Shown here piece after piece: positions 17,095 through 27,630 of a DNA stretch of 64,000 bases; the stretch's first letter is position 1, and each line of letters opens with the position of its first letter. The stretch is taken from the NCBI GenBank assembly GCA_038883795.1, contig JAVZLK010000003.1:32001-96000 (forward strand), written 5' to 3'. The position numbers were made by a program, and so were the translations under genes. Origin of the DNA: Candidatus Bathyarchaeia archaeon (GTDB lineage Archaea > Thermoproteota > Bathyarchaeia > Bathyarchaeales > Bathycorpusculaceae). Below the pieces are notes generated by a model. That model was not told the DNA's origin and made no database searches. It saw only the letters and a list, made by a program, of their open reading frames with translations.

Positions 17095-18303
17095 TTATTG
17101 GCTTTTGTTACGTAACAAAATTTTGATGGTTTCTAGTTCATATTTAGCTATGATCTCCCAACTGCGGTGTCTCGCAAGCTCTATACTTTCTCTGCTTAAT
17201 CTTTCTTGAATAAGCGTATTTTCCAATATTGTTAATATAGTTGTTGCGAGTTCTTTAATGTCTCCTTTTCTAACGTATATCATTTTTTCTCCGTAGTTTT
17301 CCTTGTAATATGGCAAGTCGTAAACAACTACTGGAAGCCCGCAAGCCATGGCTTCACATAACACTAGAGGGTTTCCTTCCAAGTAGCTTGGAAAAACGAA
17401 AACTCGACTTTGTGCTAAAAGTTTGTATTTTTCTTCTTCTGATACAAAGCCTGTAAAAACAATGTTTTTAAGCAAATTCATTTTCTTTGCGAGTTCCTTA
17501 ACCTTTCCTAAATATGGGCCCTTTCCACCTCCTATAATGATAACTCTCGCATTAGGCTTTTTCCTATTAACGATTTTCCATGCTTTAATTAAGTCAATTA
17601 CACCCTTTCGCGGTATGATGCTTCCAAGGAAGCATGCGTCAAATTTTTTGTCGTCCTTAAATTTTTGTGCAACAGCCTGTATGAAAGAGAAGTTTACACC
17701 TATATGAACTGGGTATATCCTTCTTTTTTCGATTCCCATTTTTATTAGAAGATCTTTAATGTAATGTGAAACTGAAAAAATGATGTCCATTTTTTTAACT
17801 AAAAAGTTTCTTACATGCTTTTTAAAGCAAAAAATGAGTCTTTCATGCACGGTTGTGAAGTACTTTATTCCTCTTCTTGCCTCCGAGTAGACAAGTGCTT
17901 GCCTAATTGATGTTAAAATGCTTGTATCTTCTGGATTTAGAAGGTTTACACTTCCTACTAGAGGAATTCTTAATCTATGTTTTGCCATGACGGAAGCGAG
18001 AACATATGGAAATGGTTCACCTGGGCAGTAAATAAAGTCGAATTTTTCTTTTGGAATGGTATCAACCATTCTTTTTACAGTTAAAAAATCTTCAAGCCCA
18101 GCAAGATTAATGCGCGCTAAATTAAAAATATGAAACTTGGCCTTTAACCCAAATTTTTCACAAAGTAATTTAGCTTTATTGTTAGCAACTAAGTGAATCT
18201 CATTTCCCATGTTTTTCCATATCTTAGATATTTCAATAAACTGCCTTTCCCCTCCGGAGTAAGACTCTCCATCGCCAACAGGGAAAAAACACAATATTTT
18301 CAT
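17095..18303 (-). CDS. GT4 family glycosyltransferase
   Basis: SGGE, FLGSIIPRKG, FVFPSYLEGNPLVLCEAMACGLPVV. Confidence 0.92.
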   Translation of the reverse strand: MKILCFFPVGDGESYSGGERQFIEISKIWKNMGNEIHLVANNKAKLLCEKFGLKAKFHIFNLARINLAGLEDFLTVKRMVDTIPKEKFDFIYCPGEPFPYVLASVMAKHRLRIPLVGSVNLLNPEDTSILTSIRQALVYSEARRGIKYFTTVHERLIFCFKKHVRNFLVKKMDIIFSVSHYIKDLLIKMGIEKRRIYPVHIGVNFSFIQAVAQKFKDDKKFDACFLGSIIPRKGVIDLIKAWKIVNRKKPNARVIIIGGGKGPYLGKVKELAKKMNLLKNIVFTGFVSEEEKYKLLAQSRVFVFPSYLEGNPLVLCEAMACGLPVVVYDLPYYKENYGEKMIYVRKGDIKELATTILTILENTLIQERLSRESIELARHRSWEIIAKYELETIKILLRNKSQ

Positions 18304-18514
18304 GGCAGCGTTCTAACCCCCTCAAACGCAGAGAATTATCTGAAATCTTCTCCAACTACAAAAATAACTTCCTTCAATGGATTCAATTTTTCACATTTCA
18401 ATGAATTAATTAAGTAGGATGTCATATGAATCAACCGATTCAATAACTATATAAGAATAGCCCCCACATTTATTAATTTGTAGATAATAGTAAAAGAAAA
18501 GTGGAGAAGCAATT

Positions 18515-18709
18515 ATGCCGTCGGAAATCTTTGATGCTGAAAAGTTCGTCGAAATTAGTGGACGGGCAGACTACTGCCTTGTGAAAAGGTTGAGGGATGT
18601 TGTAAAGTTGAAGCTTCGCACTTCGAAGAGGCTTTACACGTTAAAGGTTGAGCCTGGGAAGGCCGAGGAGATTATTAAGAAGCTTCAATGTGAAATTCGA
18701 GAAATCTAA
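18515..18709 (+). CDS. rpl38e: 50S ribosomal protein eL38 (L38e)
   Basis: MP.EI...EKF, VKLKLRTSKRLYTLKV...AEEIIKKL pattern; 64 aa. Confidence 0.85.
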   Translation: MPSEIFDAEKFVEISGRADYCLVKRLRDVVKLKLRTSKRLYTLKVEPGKAEEIIKKLQCEIREI

Positions 18710-18765
18710 TCGCAAGAGTATTCTGTTGTTTTATAGGAAAGAAAAGATGTAGTGATTAAAGTCTG

Positions 18766-19491
18766 TTAGCTTCTGAACTTTTGGAGTTTTGTTAAAAGTT
18801 CTTTGTCGCCCTCATAGTCTCCAGCGCATGTCGCAATTACGCCATCAACCAAGCCTTCAAGTTTGCCTGCAACTTCTTCGACGCGGTCCATGGATGCTGT
18901 GACTGGCCACCCTATCATTTTTACCATCTCAGCGTTTTTTGGTGTTCCTACGAGGAAGTATGTGTATATGGGTTTGTTTAGGCGTTTGCATTCTTTTGCC
19001 AATTGCTCCAGTGTTGGGAAGGTTTTGTCTTCGAGGCGCATGAAGAAGACGAAGTCCCATGGTTCTTTTGCGCGGGCGATGGTTTCTTCGAGGGTTCGGC
19101 GTGCTGTGAGCAAGCATCCTAGTTTAACGTTTTTTAGGCGTATTGTAGTGCGTAGAAAGTCTCTGGCTTCTTCGGAGGATTTTAACATTTTTATGGGCTC
19201 TCCGTATTTGGGGATGTCACCCATTGTGAGCACAAGTCCGTCGAGAGCCACGGCATCTGCGGCTAAAGCCAAGCCTCCAACTTCGACGGGTCCCTTGTAA
19301 TGGAGTATGAATATTGGTATCACTATTTTCTCTGGGTATTTGGTTTTGAGAACGCAGCCGACGGCTGTGCCGCTTGGCGCGGGCATTCCAGCAGCGCTGT
19401 CAGTTATGTTCCATCCATCAACCAAATCCTTAACTTCTTCAGCAAGTTTTAGAAATTTGCGTGTTGGAACAAACTCATGCAGTATTTTCAT
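18766..19491 (-). CDS. Short methylenetetrahydrofolate reductase-like (FAD-linked TIM-barrel) protein
   Basis: HEFVP, NITDSAAGMP, LVLTMGD motifs of the MetF fold; divergent from methionine synthase genes. Confidence 0.65.
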   Translation of the reverse strand: MKILHEFVPTRKFLKLAEEVKDLVDGWNITDSAAGMPAPSGTAVGCVLKTKYPEKIVIPIFILHYKGPVEVGGLALAADAVALDGLVLTMGDIPKYGEPIKMLKSSEEARDFLRTTIRLKNVKLGCLLTARRTLEETIARAKEPWDFVFFMRLEDKTFPTLEQLAKECKRLNKPIYTYFLVGTPKNAEMVKMIGWPVTASMDRVEEVAGKLEGLVDGVIATCAGDYEGDKELLTKLQKFRS

Positions 19492-19627
19492 TTAGACATC
19501 ATCTACCCTTAACTTAAGAGAAAACTGTAATAACATAATTAAATTTTTGCATATCACCGCAGAAACTGTAAGGTTTAATACCCTTATTCCAGATTTTATT
19601 TTTTCACTGTGCGAAGTTGGTTATAAA

Positions 19628-20611
19628 ATGTTAGGCTGCTATGTTACTGGAATCCTTCCAAGACCAAAAGAGTTTATTGAAACAACCAGAGCCTACGACA
19701 GAAAAAGGATCGGTAAAGAAGAGCTGGAAAAAGTCTTCAAAGAAGCCACAATCAAAGTCGTAGAGGCTCAAACCGCTGCTGGGCTCACTTTCGTCACTGA
19801 TGGCATGCTCAAGTGGCAAGACCTTTTAAGACCTTTCGCTGAAAACTTGGAGGGCGTGAAAGTTGGAGCTCTTGCAAGGTGGTTTAACAACAACACATTC
19901 TATAGAAAACCAATAGTTTATGGGGAGATACTGCGCAAAAAAGACATTGCCTTAGAAATGGCGAACATGGAGTGTTTGCCAAGGAATGTTCCATGGAAAG
20001 CAGTTTTGCCAGCACCATATACGCTTACAAAGTTGTCTGAAAACAACTTTTACAAAAGCGAGACGGAATTATTGTTTAGATATGCTGAAGTTCTAAGAGA
20101 AGAAATTAGAAGTTTGACGGAAAAAGGTTTTAACTATGTTCAGTTAAGCGATCCGGTGCTTGTCTATAATCCCTTCAAAGACTCAATTTCGAAGGACATG
20201 CTGGCTGACGTTAAAAATGCATTAGAAACAGCCATAAAAGGCGTAGGGGTGAGGGTTTGTTTACAAACTTTTTTCGGAGATTTCTCTCAAATCCTCCCCG
20301 AAGCCTTGGATTTTCCGGTGGATGATCTTGGCATAGACCTCTACGAGACAAGTTTGGAAAAACTAAAAGAGTACCCTTTCAATAAAGGCGTGGCTTTGGG
20401 GCTTATTGACGCCCGCAGTTCCTTGTTAGAAGACGAAAAAGAGCTTACGGCGGTTGCTAAAGAGCTGATAGAATGCATCTATCCATCAAAAGCATGCGAC
20501 GTTTTCATTTGTCCAAACTGCGACTTAGAGTTCCTGCCTTGGGAAAGAGCAAAAGAGAAAATTAAGATAGTAGCCAAAGTGACGAAAAACCTCCAGAACG
20601 AGTTGAGCTGA
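19628..20611 (+). CDS. Split cobalamin-independent methionine synthase, non-catalytic (N-terminal-like) half
   Basis: GILPRP, TDGMLKWQD, RWFNNNTFYRKP, PAPYTL; QTFFGD replaces the HxC zinc site. Confidence 0.8.
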   Translation: MLGCYVTGILPRPKEFIETTRAYDRKRIGKEELEKVFKEATIKVVEAQTAAGLTFVTDGMLKWQDLLRPFAENLEGVKVGALARWFNNNTFYRKPIVYGEILRKKDIALEMANMECLPRNVPWKAVLPAPYTLTKLSENNFYKSETELLFRYAEVLREEIRSLTEKGFNYVQLSDPVLVYNPFKDSISKDMLADVKNALETAIKGVGVRVCLQTFFGDFSQILPEALDFPVDDLGIDLYETSLEKLKEYPFNKGVALGLIDARSSLLEDEKELTAVAKELIECIYPSKACDVFICPNCDLEFLPWERAKEKIKIVAKVTKNLQNELS

Positions 20612-20612
20612 T

Positions 20613-21767
20613 ATGGATAAGCTTTTTCCAACACAAGAAATAGGAAGTCTCGCCAAACCAGTATGGAGGGTTAAAGGCTATAGGGGAGAAGCACTCTCAG
20701 AAGAGGAAATTGTAGAAGCGATAAATTGGGGGAAAAAGTTAGGCATAGAAAATTTAGAGGCACTTGTTAAAATTTTGAGGAGAAAGGAGCGGACCTCTGA
20801 AGATAAACGCGCTTTGCTTGAATGGTCGGCTAAGTTTGTCATCCGTTTTTTTGAGGTTGCCGGGCTGGATGTAGTTTTTGATGGGGAGCAGTGGCGTTCT
20901 GAAATGTATGAGCATGTCATGAGAAACGTTGAGGGCTTCGAGTTTATGGGTTATGTAAAATCCTTCGATTATAGATACTTTAACAAGGCTGCATGCATAG
21001 ACAAGCCAAAATATACAAAATCTTTCTATGTTGAAGAGTTCACTTTCACAAGAGAGAACACCAAGAAAATTGTAAAAGTGCCCTTCACAGGACCTTACAC
21101 GCTTGTAGATTGGACATTCAACGAATATTATGAACGAAAGGCTGGAAGCAAAATAAAAGACTTTAAGCAGAGGAAAACTGCAGCGAAAAGGGATTTCCTC
21201 TTCGACTTAATAAAGGAGGTTGTTAGACCAGAAATAAACCGTTTAATAGAGGCTGGAGCCGAGTGGATTCAGATAGACGAACCGGCAGCTACAACAAACC
21301 CTTCCGCCGAAGAAATGAAATTATTCGTTGAGGCTTTTAACGAAACTGTTAAGGGATTTAACTGCACCTTCAGTCTCCACAACTGCTACAGCAACTATAA
21401 GGTATTGGCGAAATATGCTAGTCAACTGCGAAACTGCAGCCAATTAGCCCTTGAATTCGCCAACAGAGACAGCAGACAAGCGGGAATAGGCGAAACGAGG
21501 GTAGGTTATAAAGAACTAAAATTTTTTGAGGATTATGGCTTTCGTGGGAAGTATGGGTTAGGTGTGGTAGATGTTCATACAGATTTTGTTGAACCGCCAG
21601 AACTGATACGAGATAGGATACTTCACGCCGTAGGCATTGTAAAAGACCCAAGCAGAATATTTGTGAGTACAGACTGTGGCTTGAGAACCCGAACGTGGGA
21701 AATAAGCTTTGCAAAACTTAAAAACATGGTTTTGGGAGCTGAACTGGCAAGAAAAGATTTGTCATAG
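20613..21767 (+). CDS. metE: Split cobalamin-independent methionine synthase, catalytic half
   Basis: TQEIGS, DGEQWR, TGPYT, IQIDEPA, HNC and DCGLRTR zinc ligands. Confidence 0.88.
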   Translation: MDKLFPTQEIGSLAKPVWRVKGYRGEALSEEEIVEAINWGKKLGIENLEALVKILRRKERTSEDKRALLEWSAKFVIRFFEVAGLDVVFDGEQWRSEMYEHVMRNVEGFEFMGYVKSFDYRYFNKAACIDKPKYTKSFYVEEFTFTRENTKKIVKVPFTGPYTLVDWTFNEYYERKAGSKIKDFKQRKTAAKRDFLFDLIKEVVRPEINRLIEAGAEWIQIDEPAATTNPSAEEMKLFVEAFNETVKGFNCTFSLHNCYSNYKVLAKYASQLRNCSQLALEFANRDSRQAGIGETRVGYKELKFFEDYGFRGKYGLGVVDVHTDFVEPPELIRDRILHAVGIVKDPSRIFVSTDCGLRTRTWEISFAKLKNMVLGAELARKDLS

Positions 21768-21837
21768 GGATAATCTGCTAAATTGCAAAAGCAATTGAAG
21801 TTATAAGGTTGAGGAATAAAGACTTATTCCATAAACC

Positions 21838-23007
21838 TTGGATGCGCATCCTTTGCGAACTGAAAGAATTTACTATCTAGTTTCAATCCTAAACGAGTTT
21901 GCCTTAGAAGTTCCTTATCTAGCCTACTACATATTTCAAACTCTAGGGTTAGGATATGCATACCTTTACATGGCAATCTCCGCATTAGTATTCGGTCTTC
22001 TCGACTATCCAACTGGAGGAATCGCTGACAGAATTGGAAGGAAAAGCACATTCGCATTTGGAATATTTCTTGTAGGAATCAACTTTTTACTTTCAGCCTT
22101 CTTTGTTCACCCACTCACAATAGTTTTAGCGGCCCTATTCTTTGGGTTAGGAAGCGCCTTACAAAGCGGTTCCTTTGAGGCTTGGATAGCGGATGAAATG
22201 AAAAGGGCGGATAGGTTTGAGGAATTTGACAGAGTTTTTGGAAGAGCAGTTTCCCTAGGCCTCATAGCTGATGTTACGGCTGGAATTTTAGGAAGTCTAA
22301 TCACTTTTTTGGGTGGTTATTGGTGGACTATTCCTTTTGGAGGAACAGTTGCGCTAACAGCTGCAGTTTTAGCCATAACCGTAATGAGGGAAAATGTTGG
22401 AGAAGAAGAAAGACAGCCTTACAGTGAACTTTTGAAAAAGGGAGCGAAAATTCTTCTGGGAAAGAAGGCGCTGATGTTTTTGACTTTAAGTCAAACGTTA
22501 TTTATTGCTGGGGCCTATGCTTATTGGGAAACACTAACTCCAGTTTACAGTGAAAGAGGCATACCAGAAGAAATGTTTGGAATATTGGGCGCTGCAATGC
22601 ATTTGCCAGCAGTCTTTACAACCGCCTACGCCCATAAGCTTGGAAGAAAAGTGGGTGTTAAAAAATCTGTAATTGTTCTCTCTTTTGGTTGGGCTTTTTT
22701 CTGCTCTTTAATGATGTTTTTAGTTCATCCAAGCTTGACAATAATGCTCGTAATGATTTTAGAAAGCACTCTTGCCACACGCCATCCAATAATGGAATTT
22801 TGGCAAAACACCCTAATTCCAAGCGACGTTAGAGCGACGGTTTTAAGCGGAATAAGCACAATGACCCATGTGGGACAAAGCCTTGTCCTCTTCTTCTTAT
22901 CCCCTTTTGTCGAGGTTTATGGCATAATTTTCGGTTTGGCATCAGCTGCACTATTATCTGGAGTTTCTGTGATAACCTTGCTTTTGATTAGCCAAAACAA
23001 AAGTTAG
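21838..23007 (+). CDS. MFS transporter
   Basis: Multiple TM segments; DYPTGGIADRIGRK motif A. Confidence 0.9.
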   Translation: MDAHPLRTERIYYLVSILNEFALEVPYLAYYIFQTLGLGYAYLYMAISALVFGLLDYPTGGIADRIGRKSTFAFGIFLVGINFLLSAFFVHPLTIVLAALFFGLGSALQSGSFEAWIADEMKRADRFEEFDRVFGRAVSLGLIADVTAGILGSLITFLGGYWWTIPFGGTVALTAAVLAITVMRENVGEEERQPYSELLKKGAKILLGKKALMFLTLSQTLFIAGAYAYWETLTPVYSERGIPEEMFGILGAAMHLPAVFTTAYAHKLGRKVGVKKSVIVLSFGWAFFCSLMMFLVHPSLTIMLVMILESTLATRHPIMEFWQNTLIPSDVRATVLSGISTMTHVGQSLVLFFLSPFVEVYGIIFGLASAALLSGVSVITLLLISQNKS

Positions 23008-23061
23008 ATTTTTGAGGAAATGTAAATAAGCTTGCAAAATTTAACCAAAGCGGGGAAAAGT

Positions 23062-23850
23062 GTGAAGGTTGCTGTTTCCGGCAAGGGCGGCGTTGGAAAA
23101 ACCCTAATCGCTGGCGGTCTTGCCTGTGCATTTTCTAAAAAAGGATTGAAGACTATAGCTATTGATGCCGACCCTTCGCCGAATCTTGCTTTAACTTTAG
23201 GCTTATCAGCGGAACAAGCAAGCAAAATATTGCCAATTTCAGAGAATAAAGCGTTAATTGAGTCTAAAACGGATACGGGATTTTCAGGTGTTTATCGGCT
23301 TTCCTTCACGGTGGATGATATTGTTCGGGATTTTTCTGTTAAAACTCCTTTTGGCGTTAACTTGATTGTTATGGGAACCGTAAAGTCTATGGGTTCGGGA
23401 TGCACTTGTCCAGCCAATGCTGTTGTGCGTAATTTGTTGCGCCATCTAATTTTGGAGCGGGATGAAGTTGTCATTTTGGATATGGAGGCTGGCGTTGAGC
23501 ACATGGGGAGAGCAACAGCAAAGCATGTGGATATTATGCTGGTCGTTGTGGATGCAAACATGAAGGCGCTTGAAACCGCTAAACGCATTCACGAATTAGC
23601 CTTTAACGCGGGAATGAAAAGGGTTTTTGTTGTTGGAAACAAAATTGCCGACAAGAGGCAAATGGAAGTTATAGAAAAATTTGCTAAGGGGAATGGTTTA
23701 GAAATTTTGGATTTTGTTCCTTTTGATTTGAGGGTTGTAAAGGCTGAGATGCGGGGAGAAACTCCGCTTAAATATTGGAAAGAGGCTAAGGCTATTGTTG
23801 CCATAGAAAAATTGAGCGAAAAATTATGGAAAAATGAGGTGCAAGCGTGA
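23062..23850 (+). CDS. cooC: CooC/AcsF nickel-insertion ATPase
   Basis: GKGGVGKT, DADP, GCTCP, DMEAGVEH. Confidence 0.92.
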   Translation: MKVAVSGKGGVGKTLIAGGLACAFSKKGLKTIAIDADPSPNLALTLGLSAEQASKILPISENKALIESKTDTGFSGVYRLSFTVDDIVRDFSVKTPFGVNLIVMGTVKSMGSGCTCPANAVVRNLLRHLILERDEVVILDMEAGVEHMGRATAKHVDIMLVVVDANMKALETAKRIHELAFNAGMKRVFVVGNKIADKRQMEVIEKFAKGNGLEILDFVPFDLRVVKAEMRGETPLKYWKEAKAIVAIEKLSEKLWKNEVQA

Positions 23851-24620
23851 TGAAGATAATTGTTACGATGGGTCGGGGTGGAACGGGAAAAACAAGTTTT
23901 GTGGCTTTAATGACAAAATACTTCATAGAAAACGGAGAAAAACCATTATTGTTGGTGGACGCCGACCCAGACCAAAACCTCGGCGAAATGCTGGGCGTAG
24001 ACTTAAAAGAAGAAGGCAAAAAAACAATTTCAGAACTCCTCGTAGAAACTTTTCTCGAGCAGGGCGGGACAACAGTAGGCGTTCCGCCAACAGAAAGGAT
24101 TGAAAGCAGGATTTGGGCTTACGGCATACATGAAGGCGAATTCTTTGATTTTATCGCCCTTGGAACAAAATGGGTTGAAGGGTGCTACTGTCTTCCAAAC
24201 GCAGCATTAAAAGGCGCTTTAGAGGCTTTAACAAAAAATTACAAATACATTCTTATAGATTCGCCTGCTGGTTTGGAGCATTTGAATCGGAGAATAACCT
24301 CACGCGTGGATGACATTTTCGATATTATTGATCCTTCCAAAAAATCCTTCGACCATGTGGAACGAGCCTATCGCATTGCCCAAGAAGTTAAAATTGAATT
24401 CAAAAATTTCTATATCGTTGGCGGTTTTAGATTTCCAGAAGAGCTGGGAAAGCAAGCTCAAGACAGTTTAAGGCTTAAATTTTTGGGCAAAATCGCCCGT
24501 GACGAACTGGTTGAAGAGTATGTTCTGGCTGGAAAATCTTTGTTGAATCTTCCTTCAGAGTCTTCGGCTTATGTTTCTGTTAAGAAGATAATGAGTGAAG
24601 CTGGTTATAGTAAACGGTGA
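23847..24620 (+). CDS. cooC: Second CooC/AcsF-type nickel-insertion ATPase
   Basis: GRGGTGKT, DADPDQNL, GCYC, DSPAGLEHLNR. Confidence 0.9.
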   Translation: MMKIIVTMGRGGTGKTSFVALMTKYFIENGEKPLLLVDADPDQNLGEMLGVDLKEEGKKTISELLVETFLEQGGTTVGVPPTERIESRIWAYGIHEGEFFDFIALGTKWVEGCYCLPNAALKGALEALTKNYKYILIDSPAGLEHLNRRITSRVDDIFDIIDPSKKSFDHVERAYRIAQEVKIEFKNFYIVGGFRFPEELGKQAQDSLRLKFLGKIARDELVEEYVLAGKSLLNLPSESSAYVSVKKIMSEAGYSKR

Positions 24621-24730
24621 TTTGGTTATCTGCCAATTTTGGTTCATGTTTAATGGAAGATAATTTCAGAAAAACTTAAAATAACACGTTAATAACCTTA
24701 CATCTTCAAAACCTTTCGGTTGTGTTATGG

Positions 24731-27079
24731 TTGAGTCGAAAAGGTTTACGTGTAAAGATAGACGAAATGAAAACCGATGTGGGCTTAATCAAAAACCTTG
24801 AACTTTCCATTGGCAAAATAATCGAAGAAGCATGGACCGAAACCATGGGACCAACACCGTTTCCATCACTAACAGCCCTAAGAGAATGGGACATGAGGCT
24901 TCTTCAACGTTATAAGCCATTTTACATGCCCTTCTGCGACGTTTGTTGTTTATGCACTTTTGGAAAATGCGACTTGACTGGAAACAAGCGTGGCGCCTGT
25001 GGAATAAACATGTCAGCCCAGCAGTCGCGAATTGTTCTTTTGGCTTGTTGTATAGGAGCAGCAACCCACATTGGGCATGCCCGCCACTTGGTTGAGCATT
25101 TAATTGAAAAGTATGGCAGCAACTATCCCTTAGACGTGGGCGGATTAAATGTTGAGGTTGAAGCCCCAGTAACCCGCCTTGTTTGTGGAATAAAACCCCA
25201 AACCCTCGGCGACCTAGAAGAAGTTTTAGACTACCTTGAAACGCAAGTTACCCATCTCTTGTCAGTAACGCACACGGGACAGGAAGGAAGCAACATTGAC
25301 TTTGAATCAAAAGTTTTTCACGCTGGAATGGTTGACCAAGTTGGAATGGAAGTTGCAGACATCGCCCAAATAGCAGTTTACGGCTTTCCAAAGGCAGACC
25401 CAAACGCTCCTCTTGTGGATTTGGGGTTTGGCACAGTAAACGTGCAGAAACCCGTAATCCTATGTATTGGACACAATGTTGTTCCCTCTGTTGGAATAAT
25501 TGATTATATGAAAGAGAGTGGGCTTGACGGCGAAATTGAGGTTTGCGGACTTTGCTGCACAGCCCACGACATAACAAGATATTATAAGCGTGGAAAAATT
25601 ATAGGCCCTATATCGTGGCAGCTGCGTTTTATAAGAAGCGGCGTTTCAGATGTTGTGGTTTTAGATGAGCAGTGTATTAGGGCTGATGCTCTTTACGAGT
25701 CTGAAAAGGTTAAAGCGCCAGTAATAGTTGCTTCAGAAAAGAATTGTATGGGTCTGCCAAACCGCACCAACGACCCAGCCGACGCTATAGTCGAAGACTT
25801 AGTTAGCGGAAAAACTCCAGGCGTACTAATCCTCGACCCAGAAAAGGTTGGGGAAGTTGCCGTTAAAGTGGCGTTAAAGGTTGCTCCATTAAGGAAGAAG
25901 TTTAAGGCAATCCCAGAAGCTGACGAAGTTATTCAAAGGGCGAAGGAATGCAGACAATGCAACGACTGCAGAAGAGCTTGTCCCCAAGACTTACACATTC
26001 CAGAAGCCATGAAAGCAGCTGCAGAAGGAAACCTAACACTTTTTGCGGATTTATATGAGTTTTGTGTTGGTTGTGGACGCTGCGAAGAAGCATGCCCAGT
26101 CGGATTACCAATTCACAGCTTTATCGTAAAGGCTGGAGAGAAAAAACTGAAAGAAGAAACCTACAAAATAAGGGCTGGCAGAGGCGCCATCCAAGACGTT
26201 GAAATAAGGAATGTTGGTAGCCCAATTGTCCTCGGCGAAATCCCAGGTGTTGTCGCCGTTGTGGGATGCGCCAACTATCCTAAAGGCGGTTTGGAAGTGG
26301 CTGAAATATGCCGTGAATTTGCCAACAGACGCTACATAGTTGTAACTTCTGGATGCGCTGCCATGTCAGCTGGCATGTATAAGGATGAGGAAGGAAAAAC
26401 ACCCTATGAGGCGTTTACTGGCGAATTTGCCGCTGGCGGAATCGTCAACGTAGGCTCTTGTGTTGCAAACTCGCATATTGCAGGAGCTGCAATAAAGATT
26501 GCAAATATATTCGCAAAACGCAATTTAAGAGCAAACTATGAAGAAATAGCCGACTACATACTTAACCGTGTGGGCGCCGTAGGCGTTGCTTGGGGAGCCT
26601 ACTCTCAAAAGGCAGCGTCAATCGCAAGCGGATGCTGGCGTTTAGGAATTCCAGTAATTGTTGGTCCTCACGGAACAAAATACAGGCGAATGCTTTTAGG
26701 AAGGGCAGACCGCGAAGAAGATTGGTATGTTTATGATGCCCGTTCTGGCGAACGAGTGTATGTTGGTCCAGCGCCAGAGCACCTTTTCTACGCTGCTGAA
26801 ACTAAGGAGGAAGCCATGGTTATGATTGCTAAGCTTTGTATGCGTCCCAATGACACTACTAAGGGAAGAGCAATAAAATTGACCCATTACATTGATCTGC
26901 ATAAAAGGTTGTTTGGAACCATGCCTAAGGACATACACTTGTTTGTTCGCAATTTAGGCGACATACCAATAACAATGAAGGATGAAATAATAAAGATTCT
27001 TGAGGAAAAGGGTTGGAAAGAAACCGTAATTCCAGACCCAACTCTACTGCCGAGACTAATTAGGAAGAGGAAGGAGTGA
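24731..27079 (+). CDS. cdhA: ACDS complex alpha subunit (CO dehydrogenase)
   Basis: CDVCCLCTFGKC, HTGQE, GHN, GLCCT, two 4Fe-4S motifs, GSCVANSH. Confidence 0.97.
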   Translation: MSRKGLRVKIDEMKTDVGLIKNLELSIGKIIEEAWTETMGPTPFPSLTALREWDMRLLQRYKPFYMPFCDVCCLCTFGKCDLTGNKRGACGINMSAQQSRIVLLACCIGAATHIGHARHLVEHLIEKYGSNYPLDVGGLNVEVEAPVTRLVCGIKPQTLGDLEEVLDYLETQVTHLLSVTHTGQEGSNIDFESKVFHAGMVDQVGMEVADIAQIAVYGFPKADPNAPLVDLGFGTVNVQKPVILCIGHNVVPSVGIIDYMKESGLDGEIEVCGLCCTAHDITRYYKRGKIIGPISWQLRFIRSGVSDVVVLDEQCIRADALYESEKVKAPVIVASEKNCMGLPNRTNDPADAIVEDLVSGKTPGVLILDPEKVGEVAVKVALKVAPLRKKFKAIPEADEVIQRAKECRQCNDCRRACPQDLHIPEAMKAAAEGNLTLFADLYEFCVGCGRCEEACPVGLPIHSFIVKAGEKKLKEETYKIRAGRGAIQDVEIRNVGSPIVLGEIPGVVAVVGCANYPKGGLEVAEICREFANRRYIVVTSGCAAMSAGMYKDEEGKTPYEAFTGEFAAGGIVNVGSCVANSHIAGAAIKIANIFAKRNLRANYEEIADYILNRVGAVGVAWGAYSQKAASIASGCWRLGIPVIVGPHGTKYRRMLLGRADREEDWYVYDARSGERVYVGPAPEHLFYAAETKEEAMVMIAKLCMRPNDTTKGRAIKLTHYIDLHKRLFGTMPKDIHLFVRNLGDIPITMKDEIIKILEEKGWKETVIPDPTLLPRLIRKRKE

Positions 27080-27086
27080 AAAGCCT

Positions 27087-27629
27087 ATGGCGACAGCTGA
27101 ACCTTGGCAAACAGCAGAAATTCCAGGACCAAAAAAGGCTCTGGTAATCCCAAAAGCTGAGGTGGTGGCAGCAATGATAAAAAGGGCAAAACGCCCCATA
27201 CTAATTGTTGGACATAAGGCTGCAGAAATAGCCTTTGAAGACAAAAAACTCATAGATTATATGATTGAGATGGCAAAAAAGGCAAAAATTCCAGTAGTAG
27301 CCACAGCCCACATGGTAAACGAATTTTTAAAGAGGGGTTATCAACCAGCGGATTGGATGCCCGCCGTGGACATTGGAAATAGGTTAGCTGATGCCGCCTG
27401 GACCGGTCTTGATGGTAATGGACGGTATGATTTAGCCTTGTTTGTTGGGCTTCCATATTATATGGAGTGGACAATCCTTTCTGGACTGAAACATTTTGCT
27501 CCAAACCTAAAAACTATAACTTTAGATAATTATTATCAGCCTCATGCAAGCTGGTCATTCCCAAACATGTCAATTAAGGATTGGATGGAAAATCTTAAGG
27601 TAATAATTGAAAAGGTTGGAGGAGAATAA
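27087..27629 (+). CDS. cdhB: ACDS complex epsilon subunit
   Basis: AKRPILIVG, WTGLDGNGRYDL, YQPHASWSFPN; operon position. Confidence 0.95.
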   Translation: MATAEPWQTAEIPGPKKALVIPKAEVVAAMIKRAKRPILIVGHKAAEIAFEDKKLIDYMIEMAKKAKIPVVATAHMVNEFLKRGYQPADWMPAVDIGNRLADAAWTGLDGNGRYDLALFVGLPYYMEWTILSGLKHFAPNLKTITLDNYYQPHASWSFPNMSIKDWMENLKVIIEKVGGE

Positions 27630-27630
27630 A

